A stretch of DNA of 64,000 nucleotides, from contig OZ252239.1 in assembly GCA_965249485.1 (NCBI GenBank), positions 1,952,001 to 2,016,000 on the forward strand, in the 5' to 3' direction. This DNA comes from a bacterium. GTDB lineage: Bacteria > SM23-31. Below the pieces are notes generated by a model. It had not been told where the DNA came from, made no database searches, and was given only the letters and a program-made list of their open reading frames with translations. A program made the position numbers and the translations under genes. Shown piece by piece: positions 10,815 through 21,788 of this stretch (position 1 is its first letter; every line of letters begins with the position of its first letter).

Positions 10815-11672
10815 CTACTGCTTGATCATATTCAGAAGTTCGTCAATTGTTTTTCCTCCGCCCGAGGTGTCAACACCGGCATTGAGGATACCCATTGCCC
10901 TTTGAAGCGCTCCGGGATCAACACCATCAAGTACACCGGGTTTTACGACGGATTGAGCTTTCTTTCCTGACTGTTGCTGTGTGGCTTGAGATGTCGGTTG
11001 TTCTGCTGTAACCGGTCCGATAATATTTTGAAACTGTTCCTGAATGCTGCCGATATCGGACATGTCTAAACCACCTGAACCCGATAGTGAACCAAGATCG
11101 TCTCCCAATAGTCCCTCCATCATACCGGGGAGTATGAGATTCTCACCTGCACCTTTTGAGAGCAACTCACCCAGCGGCATATTATCCATGGGATTCGGTA
11201 TGAACTTAGCCACAATCGGCTGAACATATTTTTCTGACATTGGAAGGAATCGAGACCTGTGGCTCTGCTCAAAAATTGAATTCATAACCGGAATCGGCTT
11301 TATCATGTTGACAAACATGCCGACTATGAGCATACCAAGACAGAATCCGAACACCATACCACCTATGCTGTCGAGCAGTCCTGATGATGGTTCTCTCTGT
11401 ATAATTTTCAAGATGTTTTTTAGAAATATTTTAGTAACAATCAATACAATGATAAAAACAACGAAATAGGAAGCAAAGTACCCGAGGATAGGGTGGAAAT
11501 CGAATGTTTTTTCGAAAAACCGTGTGCCGTTATCAATTTGGCTCAATGCCGTCATTAGAGCAATTCCGTAGCTGATTAGTGAAATCAATTCCTTTTTAAG
11601 TCCGCGCCAGATTCCTTTAATGGTCATGACAAGAAGGAGAATAAGGATGATAGTGTCAATTGTTTTAATCAT
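10815..11672 (-). CDS. CvpA-family membrane protein with Gly/Gln-rich C-terminal extension
   Basis: IDTIIL...KGIWRGLKKELISL and LLDSIGGMVFG CvpA patterns. Confidence 0.75.
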   Translation of the reverse strand: MIKTIDTIILILLLVMTIKGIWRGLKKELISLISYGIALMTALSQIDNGTRFFEKTFDFHPILGYFASYFVVFIIVLIVTKIFLKNILKIIQREPSSGLLDSIGGMVFGFCLGMLIVGMFVNMIKPIPVMNSIFEQSHRSRFLPMSEKYVQPIVAKFIPNPMDNMPLGELLSKGAGENLILPGMMEGLLGDDLGSLSGSGGLDMSDIGSIQEQFQNIIGPVTAEQPTSQATQQQSGKKAQSVVKPGVLDGVDPGALQRAMGILNAGVDTSGGGKTIDELLNMIKQ

Positions 11673-11849
11673 ATGTTGATTTGCATAGCCTCAGTAAGTT
11701 ACATGCAAAAAAATGTATCTATTCAATATGAGCTTGTCAAGAAGAATTTATAATCATACTTAACGCGATAGTGATACAAAGCAAATGAGAGGATCAATCA
11801 AGGATTGCCGGATCTGTCAGATATTTGCTATGGGTTGAGAATCAAATGT

Positions 11850-11882
11850 AAAAACCGGGAGTTTGTTCAACATCCCGGCTTT
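11850..11882 (-). terminator. Putative intrinsic terminator downstream of tRNA-Ser
   Basis: CCGGGA...TCCCGG stem followed by a T-run on the minus strand. Confidence 0.55.
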
Positions 11883-11893
11883 ATAATGTTTTG

Positions 11894-11984
11894 CGGAGAG
11901 GGAGGGATTCGAACCCTCGGAGAGGCTATAAACCCCTCACTCGCTTAGCAGGCGAGCGCCTTCAGCCAGCTCGGCCACCTCTCC
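11894..11984 (-). tRNA. tRNA-Ser(GCT)
   Basis: Minus strand GGAGAGG...CTCGC-CT-GCT-AA-GCGAG, long variable arm, GGTTCGAATCC, CCTCTCC-G. CCA is not encoded. Confidence 0.97.
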
Positions 11985-12203
11985 TACGCCTGCCAAAACA
12001 GAAACAATAAAATTAGAGAAAATATGCAATAAAGTCAAGCGGATATTTGGACTAAATACCGTAATGATTAAACAATTTGAATTGTATTTATTGTGCAAGG
12101 GCGACTTCGAAATTATAGATCATTTCATAGTGACTGGTAGTTACTTTTTCTACAAAGAACTATAGTATGTGTGGAAGTAAATGGAAAAACCGGGATACTA
12201 TTT

Positions 12204-13772
12204 TTAGATATCTCCAAAAAGACGGTGTAGTGCTGCGGTTATGCCGGGAACTGTCGGTGCATACACTCCGATTGCAGAGTTGTCAGGGATAATGAATCGG
12301 TCATGAGGATTCCTGAGCATAATGAGAATTAATAGTTTCGAACTTTGTGCAAGTTGTGTGACAAATGCAGATTGCTGTTCATCCAGATGTGCATTATAAC
12401 TAAACATGATAGTATAGTCAGAGCCGGAAGTACGATTTATGATATCATGCATCTCATCCTGGTTTGACTGAAGAGAGTATTTATAAACATGTGCTTGTTT
12501 ACAGTATCTTGCAAGTACATTCACTACTGTCTCTTCCGAGTTCTTTGCTGACGATTTGAGTTCTTCGACTTGTGTTAATTCTGTCAGACGGGGAATAACT
12601 GCGGATACGATAGAATTCGTATCCAATCGGAGCGGTATATTATTCTGCTCATCAAAAACGGTTATCGATTGTGTTACGATATCATGAGCGATATGTTTGT
12701 TTTCTTCAACAACATCGACAATATCTTCCTTGAAAAAGAGGTGAAACTTCTCTGAAAACCTTTGTTTGAGTGAAAAGATCCTCGCGATACTTTCATCAAT
12801 TCTTGCTTCGGAAAGTGAGCCGTTTCTTACTGCGTTCAGAAGTGCCGAAATTGTTTTTCTCTGTCGGTCACGGTCACTGCACACTGTGAGAAGATCAGCA
12901 CCTGCCTGTATGGCAGCAATAATAGAATCTTCAAATTCCATACTGATTGTTGCGCCGCCCATTTCAAGATCGTCAGTAATAATGACGCCCTTAAAACCGA
13001 GTTGTTTTCGCAAATATCCGGAATAAACCGTAGGATTGAAAGTTGCCGGAAGCGGAAGAATATTCGAGTCGAATGCGGAAAATCCCGCATGAGAAGTCAT
13101 GACGCAGTCGACTCCATTTACGACTGCGGTTTTGAATGGCATAATATCGCTAGATTCAAGTTCATGTAGGGATTTGTCAATTATCGGCATTTCGATGTGG
13201 GTATCAAAGAGAGCCGAACCGATACCGGGGAAATGTTTTGCGCAGGCAAAAACCGATTCAGACTGCAATCCGTGGATAAGTTCAGATCCGAATTGAGAAA
13301 CAACTTCAGCCGAATCACCAAACGACCTAACACCAATACCGGGATTATCAGGAACCGTAATATCGAGAACTGGAGCGAGGTTGAGGTTTACTCCAAGCGC
13401 ACGTAGTTCTCGTCCGATAATAGAACCGTAAATTCTTGCATTTTTCGGTTTGCCTGTTGCAGCAACTGCCATATTCCCGGGAAGAATCGTTGCTCCTTTG
13501 TCGATACGTGTTACGACTCCGCCTTCCTGGTCGATGGCAATAAAAGGTGGTACATCAATTATTTCATAGAGAGATCGGCACAGATTGCGAAGACCATGCG
13601 CATCATTAATATTTCTGGCAAACAGGATTACATTTCCAATGTGATGATCGCGGAAAAATTTTTCAAGTTCCTGAGTCACCTGTTTACCATGAAATCCGAA
13701 CAAACATACTTGTCCGATTTTTTGTTCAATCGTGAGAGAATTGTGGGAAGGGAGAGGCTGAATTTTATACAT
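12204..13772 (-). CDS. nagZ: GH3 beta-N-acetylhexosaminidase (NagZ-like, two-domain)
   Basis: ILFARN, AIDQEGG.V.R, KHFPG.G...DTH, ITDDLEMG. Confidence 0.85.
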   Translation of the reverse strand: MYKIQPLPSHNSLTIEQKIGQVCLFGFHGKQVTQELEKFFRDHHIGNVILFARNINDAHGLRNLCRSLYEIIDVPPFIAIDQEGGVVTRIDKGATILPGNMAVAATGKPKNARIYGSIIGRELRALGVNLNLAPVLDITVPDNPGIGVRSFGDSAEVVSQFGSELIHGLQSESVFACAKHFPGIGSALFDTHIEMPIIDKSLHELESSDIMPFKTAVVNGVDCVMTSHAGFSAFDSNILPLPATFNPTVYSGYLRKQLGFKGVIITDDLEMGGATISMEFEDSIIAAIQAGADLLTVCSDRDRQRKTISALLNAVRNGSLSEARIDESIARIFSLKQRFSEKFHLFFKEDIVDVVEENKHIAHDIVTQSITVFDEQNNIPLRLDTNSIVSAVIPRLTELTQVEELKSSAKNSEETVVNVLARYCKQAHVYKYSLQSNQDEMHDIINRTSGSDYTIMFSYNAHLDEQQSAFVTQLAQSSKLLILIMLRNPHDRFIIPDNSAIGVYAPTVPGITAALHRLFGDI

Positions 13773-13890
13773 GGTTTGCGATTTTGAGCTTTTACGGAAC
13801 TAAAGAAATTATATTGTAGTTGAAAATTGAGTGAAAAATAGTTATATTCTTTATTCTATCGCTTTTTGCCAATAAAACGATACAAACGAT

Positions 13891-14202
13891 ATGCCAACAT
13901 ACGGTTATAGATGCACGAGCTGTGGACACGAGTTTGAAGAGTTCCAGAGCATTAAGGACAATCCGGTCAAAGATTGTCCTATATGTAATGCTCGTGTCAA
14001 ACGAATTATAAACGGTGGTGCCGGATTGATTTTTAAAGGTTCCGGATTTTATATAACCGATTATAAAAACGGCTCGAATGGTAACGGGAAAAAGCCGATA
14101 GAGCCTACCCCAAAAAAAGACAATAACAACAAAAACGACTCGTCAAAAGATAAAAAGTCAGATTCATCAAAGCCAGAATCTGATTCTCCAAAAAAATCTT
14201 AA
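13891..14202 (+). CDS. FmdB-family zinc-ribbon protein
   Basis: MPTYGYRCTSCG...CPIC...FKGSGFYITDY followed by a low-complexity tail. Confidence 0.88.
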   Translation: MPTYGYRCTSCGHEFEEFQSIKDNPVKDCPICNARVKRIINGGAGLIFKGSGFYITDYKNGSNGNGKKPIEPTPKKDNNNKNDSSKDKKSDSSKPESDSPKKS

Positions 14203-14226
14203 TTCAATTTATACCCTATCTCAATA

Positions 14227-15582
14227 TTATGTATCTTTAGCTTTGTCTTCAGGATTGATGCCTCTTTTTTTATCAATCTGAGATAACCTGTTTTTTATTT
14301 GCTTCTCATAACCACTTTCCCCCGGATTAAAATAGCGTGATCCTCTCAGTTCTTCCGGCAGGTAGTCCTGCTCAACAAAGTTTCCCGAATAGTCGTACGG
14401 ATACTTATACCCCTTTCCATAGCCTTCCGATGTCATGAACGCAGTTGGAGCGTTTCTCAGATGGAGTGGAACAGACGCATTCGGATGTTCTTTGAGCGCT
14501 TTTTTTGCTGCCGAGCGCGCGCGTATAACCGTATTACTTTTATCTGTTGCAGCCAGATAGGTTGCTGTTTGCATTAAAATTATCTGCGCTTCCGGCATGC
14601 CGATATAATCAATTGCTGAAAATGTAGCGGTTGCGAGCGGCAAGGCTGCAGGGTCGGCATTACCAACATCTTCGGAAGCAAGAATAACCATTCGTCGTGC
14701 GATAAATTTCGGATCTTCACCGCCGTCAAGCATCCGAACGAGCCAGTATGCGGCAGCATCCGGATCGCTTCATCGGATCGATTTTATAAATGCTGAAATG
14801 ATGTCGTAGTGGTATTCTCCCTGTTTGTCATATAGAAGCGTTTTTCTCTGGAGAACATGTTCGATGTCTCGTTTCTGCACCGTTCTAATACCGTTTGCAT
14901 TCGGAGAAACGAGCTGAATAGCTGCTTCTAATGCATTCAGCATAATTCTTGCGTCAGAGCTCGAAAGAGAAATAAGAGAGATTCGCACTTCATTCGAAAT
15001 ATCCGGGTTGAGATTTTTGATGATTTCATCATAGGTCAATGCTCTGTTAAGCAGCAAGAGTAAATCGTCATCGTTAAGGGGTTTTAATGTAAATACTCTG
15101 CATCGCGACAGTAATGAAAAAATGACCTCGAAAGAAGGATTCTCTGTTGTTGCGCCGATGAGGAGCAGTTTGCCTTCTTCCACACTTTGCAGCAGTACAT
15201 CTTGCTGCGCTTTGTTGAATCGGTGAATTTCGTCGATAAAGAGGATTGTATTCTTCTGAATTTTCAGATTGTACCCGGCTTTTTCAATAATTCCTTTGAC
15301 ATCTTTGACACCGGCTGTCACAGCGCTTATCTGGTGAAATTCCGCATCCGATTCGGCAGCAACAATTCTGGCAAGTGTCGTTTTCCCACAACCGGGCGGC
15401 CCCCAAAAAATCATCGAGCCGATTGATCGATTTTCAATTTGACGGGCGAGAACGCTATCTGGTCCGACAAGATGTTCCTGCCCGAAAAAATCCTCTAAAA
15501 CAGCCGGTCTCATCCGTTCAGCTAAGGGAGCGGATAGATTCATCGATTGTTTGTTTCCATGTTGTCTTTCAAATAAATCCAT
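14227..15582 (-). pseudogene. rarA: Replication-associated recombination protein A (RarA/MgsA) with in-frame TGA
   Basis: PLAERMRP, GPPGCGKTT, DEIHRFNKAQQD, GATTENP. TGA at 14770-14772 replaces the Gly of KSIR[G]SDPDAA, and the frame continues into ASEDVGNADP. Confidence 0.92.
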
Positions 15583-15612
15583 AAATGTTTCGGTTTGAAA
15601 ATATGCGATATG

Positions 15613-15957
15613 TTAACCAGGAGGCCATTGCATTGGGCGTCCCCCAAGTAGGTGAAAATGGACATGAAAAACAGATTGACCGCTTTCACTGCCACAATTA
15701 GTGACAATTCTGTATCCTTTATTCAGCTCTTGGATGTTTTGAGCCATTGATTTTATCTTGACAAGGAGAGAACCGATAAGCTGTGTATCATTTTTAGTCA
15801 AATCATTGTGGGTGGCAATATGTTTTCGGGGGATAACAAGAACATGGACAGGCGCTTGCGGATTGATATCGTTAAAGGCTACAATCTCGTCATCCTGGTA
15901 CACAATATCACCTGGAATATCACCGGATACGATCTTACAAAAAAGGCAGTCACTCAT
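15613..15957 (-). CDS. HIT-family nucleotide-binding protein
   Basis: CLFCKI, DINPQAPVH, GQSVFHVHFH, GGRPMQWPPG. Confidence 0.95.
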   Translation of the reverse strand: MSDCLFCKIVSGDIPGDIVYQDDEIVAFNDINPQAPVHVLVIPRKHIATHNDLTKNDTQLIGSLLVKIKSMAQNIQELNKGYRIVTNCGSESGQSVFHVHFHLLGGRPMQWPPG

Positions 15958-16080
15958 ATTTGTATCCTCCGCGATTCAAATAATGTAGTACGAGATTTGA
16001 ATAATAAGGTTTTGATGGAGTATAATGTAGGAATTTGCTCTCAGAAATTCAAAGAGATTTTTCTCGAAGAAGTATCCCGC

Positions 16081-16756
16081 TTATTGTTCATTGAGCATTA
16101 GAAACGATAAGGCGGCGATGCCTGCTGTGTCTGAACGGAGCCGTCTGGGACCGAGCGAGACCGATTGAAAGGAGGTATTTTGTGCTTTAAGAAGCTCGTC
16201 AGTTGTAAAATCTCCCTCGGGACCCACAGCGAGTGTATACGTTTTTGCCCGAAACGAATCTGATTCACCTTGACAATAATTAGCAAGCGTGCGTTTACCA
16301 TTTTTATGGAGTAGCAGTTTTTCAGCTTGCTTCATTCTCGTTTCCTGTACAGCATACTCAAATGCATCATTCACCTCCATGATTTCGGTAACTGTCGGTA
16401 ATAAAGACCGGCCGGATTGTTTCATAGCAGATTTTGCAATGGTTTGCCACCGTTTGATTTTATTGCTGTTTCCGGTCACCTTTGAGTAAAGCTTGTATGA
16501 GAATAATCGAGTTGAGCGGTTCATTCGGCTTCCTGCGGATTTTGATAATGATACATATGACTTCCCTGTCTTTGACAATATCATGAATTGTTCCAAGATA
16601 TTCATTGCCCAGACCGTCAACCGCCGCTACAATGGTTCCAGCAGACATCCGAAGTACATGTACCGCATGATGATATTCCTCACCGGTCAGTGAAAACGAT
16701 TCATTGCTGACATTCTACTGTTCAACAATAAAATATTGAATGTTATCGTAATCCAT
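16081..16756 (-). pseudogene. rsmE: 16S rRNA m3U1498 methyltransferase RsmE, disrupted
   Basis: HHAVHVLR, VDGLG, KQSGR, VGPEGDFT, SLGPRRLRSDTA motifs. In-frame TAG at 16715-16717, plus a frameshifting deletion near 16470 that removes the EK.TELGV motif. Confidence 0.88.
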
Positions 16757-16772
16757 GATTTCTTATTTGCTC

Positions 16773-17999
16773 TTACAGATTTTGGAACAACCTGAATCGA
16801 AACGTAATATTCCACGGTTCTAACCCGGTATCGAACCGCCGTCCCACATTTATCGCGAATACACCATCCATTATATAGAGCGAAACTCCTGCACCTGAAC
16901 GGAAATCACCGAATGAACTTCCTGTTTCCTGTTGCAAATACTCAGGTTTATCGGTTTCCAATATTTTTTTCTCGTCGTCCGAGAACCAGGCAAGTCCGGC
17001 ATCGAAATAGACACCCGTTGTCAGGTTTGAGTAAAACGGCAGGAACTGCAGTGGGATTCGTTGGAGAAGATTACCATTGAAGAGGTAATTGCCTTCAAAG
17101 ACAATCTGCCGTGTACCGGTAAATTCCTTAAATTCGTATGCACGCACTGTTCCGAATCCACCGATATCGAACAGATACTGCTCATCAAGCGTTCCATCCC
17201 GGAACCCGCCGCGCAACCCCGTAGTCAGTGTCTGGTCGCCGAAGCTGAGCTGCATTCGGCGTACGGAAAAATGGACACCAGTAAAAGTGAAATCGTTCAA
17301 TTCCTGCTCAAGGGTTGTCTCGAATTGCCAATAATTCGATTCGATAAAAATTTCCCCGCGTGTACTATAGTGAATCGATGCGGCAATGAGCAATTCATTC
17401 TTCTCGGTGATCGGAGGATTATCCCAATATATCTCGTCTTGAAAAAACAGGCTCCAGGGTTCGGTGTTGTGCATCGAATTATATTTTCTGTATCCGACAT
17501 TTGCAGAAATCCGATAGTATTCGTTCAGTTTGTTAGTATAGTTTCCTTCAACACCCCGAACCCGAAAATAATCTCGGTAATCTTTTCGTAATAATGCAGT
17601 CGACAGTATATTTTCAACATGAGAGAGAACCCAGGAGTCATTTGACCGTGTTTCATCAAATACAGTTGCAGATAGTGTCTGTGTTTGCAGTAAATCGAAT
17701 GAGTGAGAAAGTGTTGCAGCATAATTCCAATCTTTTGAATTAAAACCGTAACCTGTACGACCTTTGAGAGATGTTCCCGGAAATTTCCCATGAGATACAC
17801 TCAACTGTGTTCCCAGAAACGCACCTTCAACACGGTTATAATCAATATAATTGAATAAAGAAGGTGTGAATGTTAAACCTTCATCGGTATTAAAATTTTG
17901 ACCGTATGCAACTTGTATTTTAGTTGAAAAAATACTCACGCTAAGTATCAGAAAAAAAACCGGACTGGAAATTCTCACAATGAATGCCTTAATATTCAA
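16773..17999 (-). CDS. Outer-membrane beta-barrel protein (BamA/TamA surface-antigen-like)
   Basis: Signal-like N-terminus, YNRVEG, GGFGTVRAYEFKEFTG, YFDAG, alternating aromatic C-terminus. Confidence 0.7.
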   Translation of the reverse strand: MNIKAFIVRISSPVFFLILSVSIFSTKIQVAYGQNFNTDEGLTFTPSLFNYIDYNRVEGAFLGTQLSVSHGKFPGTSLKGRTGYGFNSKDWNYAATLSHSFDLLQTQTLSATVFDETRSNDSWVLSHVENILSTALLRKDYRDYFRVRGVEGNYTNKLNEYYRISANVGYRKYNSMHNTEPWSLFFQDEIYWDNPPITEKNELLIAASIHYSTRGEIFIESNYWQFETTLEQELNDFTFTGVHFSVRRMQLSFGDQTLTTGLRGGFRDGTLDEQYLFDIGGFGTVRAYEFKEFTGTRQIVFEGNYLFNGNLLQRIPLQFLPFYSNLTTGVYFDAGLAWFSDDEKKILETDKPEYLQQETGSSFGDFRSGAGVSLYIMDGVFAINVGRRFDTGLEPWNITFRFRLFQNL

Positions 18000-18718
18000 T
18001 GAATCTTTTTTCGCTTTAATAGTTAGTATATCTGAATTCTACTCAAACCTGATGTCCGTACGCAGTATATAAGGTAACAAGTATACTATATTTAATACAA
18101 TTTTTCAATCTCTAAAATCGCATAATATTGTTTTGTTCCGGGTAAAATATTATGAGCGAATCAAGTATTTATTGTTCTATCATTGCATGATAAAAATAAA
18201 AGTGTTATGCTACATGCAAAAGTGGTATTGTGTGTTAAAAAATATAAATTCCTTGATTATTTTTACTATTTATTGTCATCTGATTTCAACCGAATGAATC
18301 CCCTAATCGCACCACTTACTTTTGTTTGACTGCACTATTTTTGTAATTACTTGTGCATAAAATAATAATATCATTTATCGATGTAATTGTGTGTTGAGAT
18401 ATTATTCTTAAAGAATAGACATTGAAATTTGCAATCAAAGGAGGAGACTTTATGAATCGCATTATTACTTCAATATTTATGTCTTTTATAGTGTAATTAT
18501 TACATATAATCTCATTGAATTTATTCTAAGCAACCTTGGAATAGTCGTTTGGGATCCTTTGGAGTGGTGGATGAATAAGATTTTTGAGATGAATTGAACA
18601 AAGAAATTGGAGAGTATACTTTATAATGTTCTGATACGCAAAGAAAAACCGTTGGACTTTTTCGAAAAATAAAGTACATTGTCGCCAATAATCGATATGG
18701 AAACGGAGAACTTGTAAA

Positions 18719-19045
18719 ATGGGAACACAAAGTCAGATCAATGTTGAACTCGGTGAAAAGGAAGCAGAAGGAATTTATTCAAATTTAGCGCTCATTTCGC
18801 ATTCAGGTGCAGAGTTTGTAATCGACTTTACACGTGTCCTGCCCGGTATCCCGAAAACGCGTATATATGCCCGTATTATTATGACACCACAGCATGCCAA
18901 ATCGTTGAGAAGCGCTCTGCAGGACAACATTGAGAAATATGAAAAACAATTCGGCGAAATCAAGGTCCATAATCAGCATCAGGATTCTCATTATGGATTT
19001 CAGATACCTGCACAAGACAAATCGGGAAAGAAAGATAAAGATTAG
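18719..19045 (+). CDS. DUF3467 family protein
   Basis: AEGIYSNLALISHS..EFVIDF...RIIMTPQHAK.L..AL..NI.KYE..FGEI. Confidence 0.85.
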   Translation: MGTQSQINVELGEKEAEGIYSNLALISHSGAEFVIDFTRVLPGIPKTRIYARIIMTPQHAKSLRSALQDNIEKYEKQFGEIKVHNQHQDSHYGFQIPAQDKSGKKDKD

Positions 19046-19071
19046 TGAGTGATTAAAAGGGCGAGGTACTT

Positions 19072-19425
19072 ATGCTTCAAAATATTAGCTTCTGTAATTG
19101 TTGTAAATTGGATGTTGACGAAGCACGCGAATCACAATGTATGTTTTTCGGTTTTACTGACCGTGCAAAAAGAGTTTTGAGTGACGATTTTTTATTTCAA
19201 ATCACAGAAGGCGAACCGTTTGAGGACGCTGATAAGTCAGGCATTCCACTCACCATAGAAGGCGAAGAAAACGGTAAGCGGATTTTTATTAATCAGGTCG
19301 ATGAAAACACTTACAGAATTCCTACCCGGTTTATCGAGCCGTTTGTCCGGTGCTTATTCAAATATTTACCTGCCTTTTATATTCCGTATAACGATATGAA
19401 AAAAGATTATTACTGCAATATGTAA
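19072..19425 (+). CDS. Hypothetical protein
   Basis: GAGG RBS; operon position between DUF3467 and the kinase; Cys-rich N-terminus. Confidence 0.6.
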   Translation: MLQNISFCNCCKLDVDEARESQCMFFGFTDRAKRVLSDDFLFQITEGEPFEDADKSGIPLTIEGEENGKRIFINQVDENTYRIPTRFIEPFVRCLFKYLPAFYIPYNDMKKDYYCNM

Positions 19426-19443
19426 GACAGCAGGGAGCTTTGC

Positions 19444-20406
19444 ATGAAATATCTGATCGGTATTGATGGTGGCGGTTCGCAAACCAGGGCAGTCGCGGTC
19501 GATTATACCGGTTATGTCGCAGCTTCATCTATTACCGGACCGACGCACTTACAATTTTCAGACACAATTCAATCACACAGCGTTCTTAATTCTCTTCTGT
19601 CTGAACTTATTAAACAGGCAGGAACGAATCTCGATGCTGTAGCGTATCTTGTGGCCGGATTTGCAGGAGCAGGCCGTCAGCCGGTTATTGACAATGCTAT
19701 GTCTATTCTCGAAGATATCGGATTTCATGGAAATTGCTCGGTTGTGACGGATCTCGACATCGCATTGCACGGTGCATTTGCGGGAGAGCCGGGTATTGTT
19801 GTAAATGCGGGAACAGGATCGGGCGCAATATGCCGCGACAACTCCGGTACGATATCCCGGTGTGGTGGTTGGGGTTACATTATCGGTGATGAAGGCTCTG
19901 CATACCATATGGCACGATTGGCGATTCAGGCAGTTTTCAGAAGCTGCGACGGAATTATTCAAAATACCCTACTGACTGAACAGGTGTGCAGTGAGTTCTA
20001 CCTGAATTCTCCCGATGATCTCATCACGGTACTTTATTCGGGTAAATTAACCCGTGTCGAAATCGCTGCATTTGCGCCCCGTGTATTCGATGCCGCTAAG
20101 AATGGTGATTATGTTGCGCAAAATATTGTAAAGGAGTGCGGATCGGCTCTTCGTACTCTCATCAAAACATTATTGAAAAGTGCAGATTTTAGTGGAAATC
20201 CAGTACCGGTCTGCTGCACAGGAGGAATGTTTGAAAACAGTGATATGCTGCTCAACCATATTCTTAATGAGGATATAGGCAATATCACGATAGTTAAGCC
20301 TCGGTTTTCACCAATCTCCGGAGCTGTTTTACTGGCGTTTGAGCACGTTGCAGTAAACGTTGATGCATCAATAGCAGAGAATGTGCAAAATATACCTGTT
20401 CTATAA
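19444..20406 (+). CDS. BadF/BadG/BcrA/BcrD-family kinase (GlcNAc/MurNAc kinase-like)
   Basis: GIDGGGSQT, AGTGS, GGWGYIIGDEGSA; adjacent to anmK. Confidence 0.85.
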   Translation: MKYLIGIDGGGSQTRAVAVDYTGYVAASSITGPTHLQFSDTIQSHSVLNSLLSELIKQAGTNLDAVAYLVAGFAGAGRQPVIDNAMSILEDIGFHGNCSVVTDLDIALHGAFAGEPGIVVNAGTGSGAICRDNSGTISRCGGWGYIIGDEGSAYHMARLAIQAVFRSCDGIIQNTLLTEQVCSEFYLNSPDDLITVLYSGKLTRVEIAAFAPRVFDAAKNGDYVAQNIVKECGSALRTLIKTLLKSADFSGNPVPVCCTGGMFENSDMLLNHILNEDIGNITIVKPRFSPISGAVLLAFEHVAVNVDASIAENVQNIPVL

Positions 20407-20430
20407 CATGTAATTCACTTCGCGGAACCA

Positions 20431-21618
20431 ATGGCAAATCTGCTCAACTCTCTTCATGCAAAAAAAATAAAATTATGTGTCGGTATCATGTCAGGTACGT
20501 CGCTTGACGGGATTGATGTCGCACTAGTAAAGATTTTCGGTTCAGGAATAAAAACGACAATTTCTGTACTTGATTGGAATACCTATGCATATCCGACCGG
20601 ACTCAAATTACGGATACAGACCGCGGTAAACCAAAACTGCATAAAATTATCAGAGCTTTCACAGCTTAATGTTCTACTCGGTGAGCTTTATGCTCAGACT
20701 GTCCTGAAGCTACTGAAAAAGAACAAACTCGACTCTCATAAGGTTGATCTGATAGGCTGTCATGGCCAGACAGTTTGGCACAATCCGAAACCCGAAATTC
20801 TATTTGGGAAGCCTGTACGATCAACACTCCAACTTGGGGAATCATCGGTTATTCAGGCGCGAACCGGAATCGTGACAATTTCCGATTTTCGCTCGAAGGA
20901 TGTTGCTCTCGGTGGGGAAGGAGCTCCGCTTATGCCTTATTTCGATTATATTTTCTTCAGGTCAAACCGGGAAAACAGAGGTGTGCTGAATATCGGCGGT
21001 ATTGCGAACATAACGATAATTCCTCGAAATGCTTCTTTAGCGGATATTTCCGGTTTTGATACGGGTCCGGGTAACATGATTATCGATCAGCTGATGGGTC
21101 ATTATTTTGGAAAACCGTTTGACAGCAACGGTCGGATAGCTCGAAAAGAGCATCCTGACACCGTGTTGTTGTCGAAATTGATGCGCTATTCGTTGATAAA
21201 GAAATCACCACCGAAATCCTCCGGGCGTGAGGACTTTGGCGCATATTACGTTCACCGAATAATAGAGTGGAGCAAAAAGCTGAAATTGAATCCGGAACAG
21301 GTTATTTCGACTGTAACGGAGTTTACCATCAAATCGATTATAAAAAACTATGAGCTTCACATTCAACCTCGGTATAATCTCGATAGAATTATCGTGAGTG
21401 GTGGAGGTATACACAACAGCGAACTTATGCGGCGGTTTCGCACTCAGTTATCCGGTAGTGTCATCGACTCATCAGATTCTTACGACATTCCGTCCGACGC
21501 TAAAGAGGCAACAGCATTCGCGTTTTTTGCCAATGAGACGATATCAGGTAATCATGCTCACATCCCCGGAGTAACCGGAGCACAATCCACAGGGATCCTC
21601 GGAAAGATTGTAGTTTAG
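20431..21618 (+). CDS. anmK: Anhydro-N-acetylmuramic acid kinase
   Basis: GIMSGTSLDGID, HGQTVWH, DFR..D.A.GGEGAPL, NIGGIAN, FDTGPGN, KEA.AFA. Confidence 0.95.
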   Translation: MANLLNSLHAKKIKLCVGIMSGTSLDGIDVALVKIFGSGIKTTISVLDWNTYAYPTGLKLRIQTAVNQNCIKLSELSQLNVLLGELYAQTVLKLLKKNKLDSHKVDLIGCHGQTVWHNPKPEILFGKPVRSTLQLGESSVIQARTGIVTISDFRSKDVALGGEGAPLMPYFDYIFFRSNRENRGVLNIGGIANITIIPRNASLADISGFDTGPGNMIIDQLMGHYFGKPFDSNGRIARKEHPDTVLLSKLMRYSLIKKSPPKSSGREDFGAYYVHRIIEWSKKLKLNPEQVISTVTEFTIKSIIKNYELHIQPRYNLDRIIVSGGGIHNSELMRRFRTQLSGSVIDSSDSYDIPSDAKEATAFAFFANETISGNHAHIPGVTGAQSTGILGKIVV

Positions 21619-21707
21619 CTAAGAACAACAATTTAATTTAGGCATTTATTTTTGTAATAATGGTACGGTGATTTAATGGGAGTCAGTTACGAAATGTTGT
21701 GAAACGA

Positions 21708-21751
21708 AGAGATTGCCCATTTTCCCAATAAAAAGGGACGCGGCAATCTCT
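21708..21751. terminator. Inverted repeat between convergent genes
   Basis: AGAGATTGCC...GGCAATCTCT stem with an inner CCC/GGG stem; no strong U-tract. Confidence 0.45.
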
Positions 21752-21788
21752 GAATAATAAGATTAGGACAAAAACTCAGAAAAGTCTC

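Noticed and set aside
11894..11984. tRNA-Ser as an island integration site
   Set aside because: No integrase nearby and no duplicated 3' end; the fragment at 63791 does not match this tRNA.
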